A stretch of DNA of 20,000 bases from an uncultured virus (IMG/VR IMGVR_UViG_3300031963_000084) (Duplodnaviria > Heunggongvirae > Uroviricota > Caudoviricetes). The stretch lies in IMG/VR virus record IMGVR_UViG_3300031963_000084. The stretch is one strand, 5' to 3'. Made by a program: the position numbers and the translations under genes. Position 1 is the first letter of the stretch, and the number at the start of each line of letters is the position of its first letter. Shown one piece after another: positions 17,633 to 20,000 of this stretch. A model generated the notes under the pieces. The model ran no database searches. It was not told the DNA's origin and worked only from the letters and a program-made list of their open reading frames with translations.

Positions 17633-17911
17633 ATGAGCGATATCGTAAAATTTACAGAAGAAGAAATACAATCAATAGCTAAATTACAGTCTGATTATCA
17701 ACAGTCAATTTATACACTCGGTCAATTAGATTTAGAAAAAACTGATTTACAACTTCAATTGGACGAAATTACTAAAAAACGTACTGAGATATATGACAAC
17801 TGGAAAAAACTTCAACAACAAGAAGTCAATATTTTAAATTCGTTGAGTCAAAAATATGGAGATGGAAGTTTAAACTTAAAAGACGGTACGTTTAGACGAA
17901 TATCAAAATAA
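17633..17911 (+). CDS. Small coiled-coil hypothetical protein
   Basis: 92 aa; the only credible plus-strand gene; long heptad helix ending KYGDGSLNLKDG; followed by a bidirectional terminator. Confidence 0.85.
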   Translation: MSDIVKFTEEEIQSIAKLQSDYQQSIYTLGQLDLEKTDLQLQLDEITKKRTEIYDNWKKLQQQEVNILNSLSQKYGDGSLNLKDGTFRRISK

Positions 17912-17917
17912 TAAAAA

Positions 17918-17946
17918 ATAAAACCCGGTGTAAAACCGGGTTTTAT
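17918..17946. terminator. Bidirectional intrinsic terminator between convergent genes
   Basis: ATAAAACCCGGT-GTAAA-ACCGGGTTTTAT, with T tracts available on both strands. Confidence 0.9.
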
Positions 17947-17947
17947 A

Positions 17948-18139
17948 TTAGTTAATTTTCGTTGGATCTCCAATTGAAGCTTCTTCTACAATAGCTTTAA
18001 TTTCAGATTCAATTTCTTTCATACGTTCTTTATAGCCAGCGGCTACATCTTTAAAATCCTTTTTAACATGTAAAAGATCTTCTGTTAATTGATATACTTT
18101 TTTCTCAGCTTCTGATTTTGTTAATTTAATATTACTCAT
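17948..18139 (-). CDS. Small coiled-coil hypothetical protein
   Basis: 63 aa; ATGA overlap with the upstream ART-like gene. Confidence 0.75.
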   Translation of the reverse strand: MSNIKLTKSEAEKKVYQLTEDLLHVKKDFKDVAAGYKERMKEIESEIKAIVEEASIGDPTKIN

Positions 18140-18549
18140 AATGTTTTTAAATTTAAAACTTGCGTTACGGCTTCCTTCGGTATATAAGTAGTAACATAAT
18201 TTCCAGGATCTACACTTTTCAAATCAGGTAACTTACTTTTATCAACAGTTACAATTATACCGTTATTTTTATTCCTGAAATTAACTAAAGCAAAACGTGC
18301 CGCTAATTTAAAATCACTAGATAAATAACTGCCGATTATATTTCTAGTATTACCTGTGCCTCTAGATGTTACTTTACCAGTAGTATTTAAAATATTGTAT
18401 TCTGCTTCAGACATACCTCTATATAGTTTACTACTATCACTTGAAAATTTGTCAAGTTCATCTGCAATATATTGTAACCTACCAGTAGGTTCCCATATTA
18501 AATAATCATATATGCTACTAGCTTCGTATAGTAAACTGTACTTCTTCAT
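18136..18549 (-). CDS. Putative ADP-ribosyltransferase-fold (Tpt1/KptA C-lobe-like) protein
   Basis: LYRG...G...YLSSDxxxAxxFA...IIVTVD...GNYVTTYIPKEAV follows the strand order of ART-fold NAD-binding domains. Confidence 0.55.
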   Translation of the reverse strand: MKKYSLLYEASSIYDYLIWEPTGRLQYIADELDKFSSDSSKLYRGMSEAEYNILNTTGKVTSRGTGNTRNIIGSYLSSDFKLAARFALVNFRNKNNGIIVTVDKSKLPDLKSVDPGNYVTTYIPKEAVTQVLNLKTL

Positions 18550-18553
18550 TACT

Positions 18554-18561
18554 TATAAATA
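18554..18561 (-). promoter_or_regulatory. TATTTATA motif, candidate late promoter
   Basis: 4 nt before ATG 18549. Confidence 0.6.
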
Positions 18562-18588
18562 TATGAATATATATTTATTACACTAAAA

Positions 18589-18971
18589 TGGTGGACATGG
18601 GGAGAGTCGAACTCCCGTCTTTAATAGATAATCAATATCAGACTACACGTTTATATATTTTAAGTTGTTAGGAAGTAATAATAAAAAATATCTAAAAATA
18701 TTATCCTTAAGATTTAATAATTTCTCGATCATTTGCATAAATCAAACATTTGATCCAGTCCAATAATTTACACCCAACACAAATATCAGACTTCAATGTG
18801 TAGGATGGCGCGACAACTTAGGCCGCAACGGCTACGTCATCATAAGAGAAGTCGTAGCTGATTACATTATCTTCAGCAGTTAATGTTGTAATAGATGTTT
18901 TAAAGAGGCCAACTATCATCCTCTACGTGCCTAACATTAATGTACTATTAAATCGAAACCAGTACATGCCC
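18589..18971 (-). ncRNA. ssrA: tmRNA (transfer-messenger RNA), one-piece, 383 nt
   Basis: 5' GGGCATGTACTGGTTTCGA pairs with 3' CATGTCC-A-CCA including G3:U70; T-arm GGGAG-TTCGACT-CTCCC; pk1-like AGAGG/CCTCT with TGATAG/CTATTA; TTAACT before the resume codon; tag ORF ends VAA*. Confidence 0.95.
18818..18877 (-). other. tmRNA tag reading frame AEDNVISYDFSYDDVAVAA*
   Basis: GCT GAA GAT AAT GTA ATC AGC TAC GAC TTC TCT TAT GAT GAC GTA GCC GTT GCG GCC TAA. Confidence 0.85.
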
Positions 18972-18977
18972 ATAAAA

Positions 18978-19778
18978 TTATCTAGCTGAATTGTTTAACT
19001 TATAAGCACTAAGTTCAGCGTTGTGACCAGTATGTAATGAGGTAAAATATTTACTCATCATACTTTTATATCCCATGTTTTTCCAACGTATAGCAAATTC
19101 TAACTCTACACTAATTTTAGATCTATCGTATTCTGTAGAAAATTCTCCTACAGATAAAAGTTTATTAACGTTATGTACTCCTGGTCTTAAAGAAAAATAT
19201 GGCCAATTTATATAATACATCCATATATCTAATCCAGTGTGCATTGCCATTACATCGTCTAAAAATAAATGATCGTTTATCGGTCTATCGTCAAAATAAA
19301 CAGTTTCCCAAAATTTGCCTATTATTTTTTTCGGAAACATATTTTCGGGAAAATTTTTCCAACTTTGATTATATCCAATATATGCATATTCCGGATTTTC
19401 TTCCATAATATCAATAGTTTCACCAATGGTAAACATATTATAAAATTGATGATCATCTTCTAAATGAAAAACATAATCACCGGACGAATTTATGAGTCCT
19501 TGTCTCCAAAAATTTAATATTCTAGCATGTCTATAATTATCAGGAAAAGATTCCTTTTCAAAAAATCTATAACTAATTAACCTGTCCGGAATATAATTCT
19601 TATAATATTCCATAGCAATACTACGTTCTTCATTTGTAGAAGAATCATCGTAATAATGAACTTCATCTATTACGTGTTTATCTGTACAAAATACGCCAAA
19701 ACTTTTAATAGCAGCTCTTAATAAGTTAATTCTTTTACAAGCAGTTGTAGTCAATATAACTTTTTTACCTTTGTACAT
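18978..19778 (-). CDS. Glycosyltransferase, GT-A fold (family 2-like)
   Basis: VILTTTACKR...YYDDSS...GDYVFHLEDD (DxD-like)...HTGH motif order. Confidence 0.75.
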   Translation of the reverse strand: MYKGKKVILTTTACKRINLLRAAIKSFGVFCTDKHVIDEVHYYDDSSTNEERSIAMEYYKNYIPDRLISYRFFEKESFPDNYRHARILNFWRQGLINSSGDYVFHLEDDHQFYNMFTIGETIDIMEENPEYAYIGYNQSWKNFPENMFPKKIIGKFWETVYFDDRPINDHLFLDDVMAMHTGLDIWMYYINWPYFSLRPGVHNVNKLLSVGEFSTEYDRSKISVELEFAIRWKNMGYKSMMSKYFTSLHTGHNAELSAYKLNNSAR

Positions 19779-19794
19779 AAAACATTATTTTATA

Positions 19795-19868
19795 TGGAGC
19801 GGGTAGCCGGAATCGAACCGGCACATCGACCTTGGCAAGGTTGCAGGCTACCACTACATCATACCCGC
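19795..19868 (-). tRNA. tRNA-Gly(GCC)
   Basis: GCGGGTA/TACCCGC acceptor stem, U73 and encoded CCA; anticodon loop TTGCCAA; T-arm GCCGG-TTCGATT-CCGGC. Confidence 0.95.
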
Positions 19869-19922
19869 GCTCTCTGAACATTAATATATAGTTGAACATA
19901 TTCAACAAACATTAATTTAAAA

Positions 19923-19997
19923 TGGTGGACCGTAAGAGAATCGAACTCTTCCCTAAAGCTTGCAAAGCTCCCGTGCTACCACTATCACCAACAGCCC
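19923..19997 (-). tRNA. tRNA-Ala(UGC)
   Basis: GGGCTGT/ACGGTCC acceptor with G3:U70, A73 and encoded CCA; anticodon loop TTTGCAA; T-arm AAGAG-TTCGATT-CTCTT. Confidence 0.93.
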
Positions 19998-20000
19998 ATT

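Noticed and set aside
8807..18561. T4-type late promoters TATAAATA on the plus strand
   Set aside because: They would point away from the adjacent minus-strand genes. Position relative to the ATGs favours the reverse-complement reading, although antisense use cannot be excluded.
2134..19463. Short ORF-track entries nested in or antisense to long genes (2134, 3024, 4012, 4952, 6652, 6999, 8291, 9391, 9625, 15398, 17103, 19199, 19269)
   Set aside because: They overlap better-supported genes, have no recognisable motifs or expression signals, and look like shadow ORFs.
19923..19997. tRNA-Cys(GCA) reading of the last tRNA
   Set aside because: The 7-nt loop TTTGCAA centres on TGC, and G3:U70 with A73 are alanine identity elements.
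18589..20000. Prophage attachment site at the tmRNA or tRNAs
   Set aside because: No integrase, no duplicated 3' fragment, and phage-like genes and composition continue on both sides.
1..20000. Stop-codon reassignment (alternative genetic code)
   Set aside because: Standard-code ORFs are full length and tile the window densely; no suppressor tRNA is seen.

Overview
AT-rich segment of a large, probably lytic tailed phage with a contractile tail, almost entirely encoded on the minus strand. In transcription order (right to left): tRNA-Ala(UGC), tRNA-Gly(GCC), a GT-A fold glycosyltransferase, a complete phage tmRNA (tag AEDNVISYDFSYDDVAVAA), a small ART/Tpt1-like NAD-binding-fold protein, several small hypotheticals, PhoH, a cluster of fibre/adhesin-like genes (two paralogs with GSFS-repeat stalks and different tips), Hsp20, a membrane coiled-coil protein, a T4 gp55-like sigma factor, and a tightly coupled baseplate operon (gp5-like spike/hub, gp25-like, gp6/baseplate-J-like, DNRLRE-like protein, hypotheticals). 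Two regulatory layers are visible: sigma70-type promoters feeding SD-led genes, and a recurring TAYTTATW octamer 3-7 nt before SD-less start codons, often just past a terminator, which is a candidate promoter for the phage sigma that would produce leaderless mRNAs. The hsp20 leader folds into three similar bulged hairpins. Protein calls come from motif recognition only; no database searches were run.
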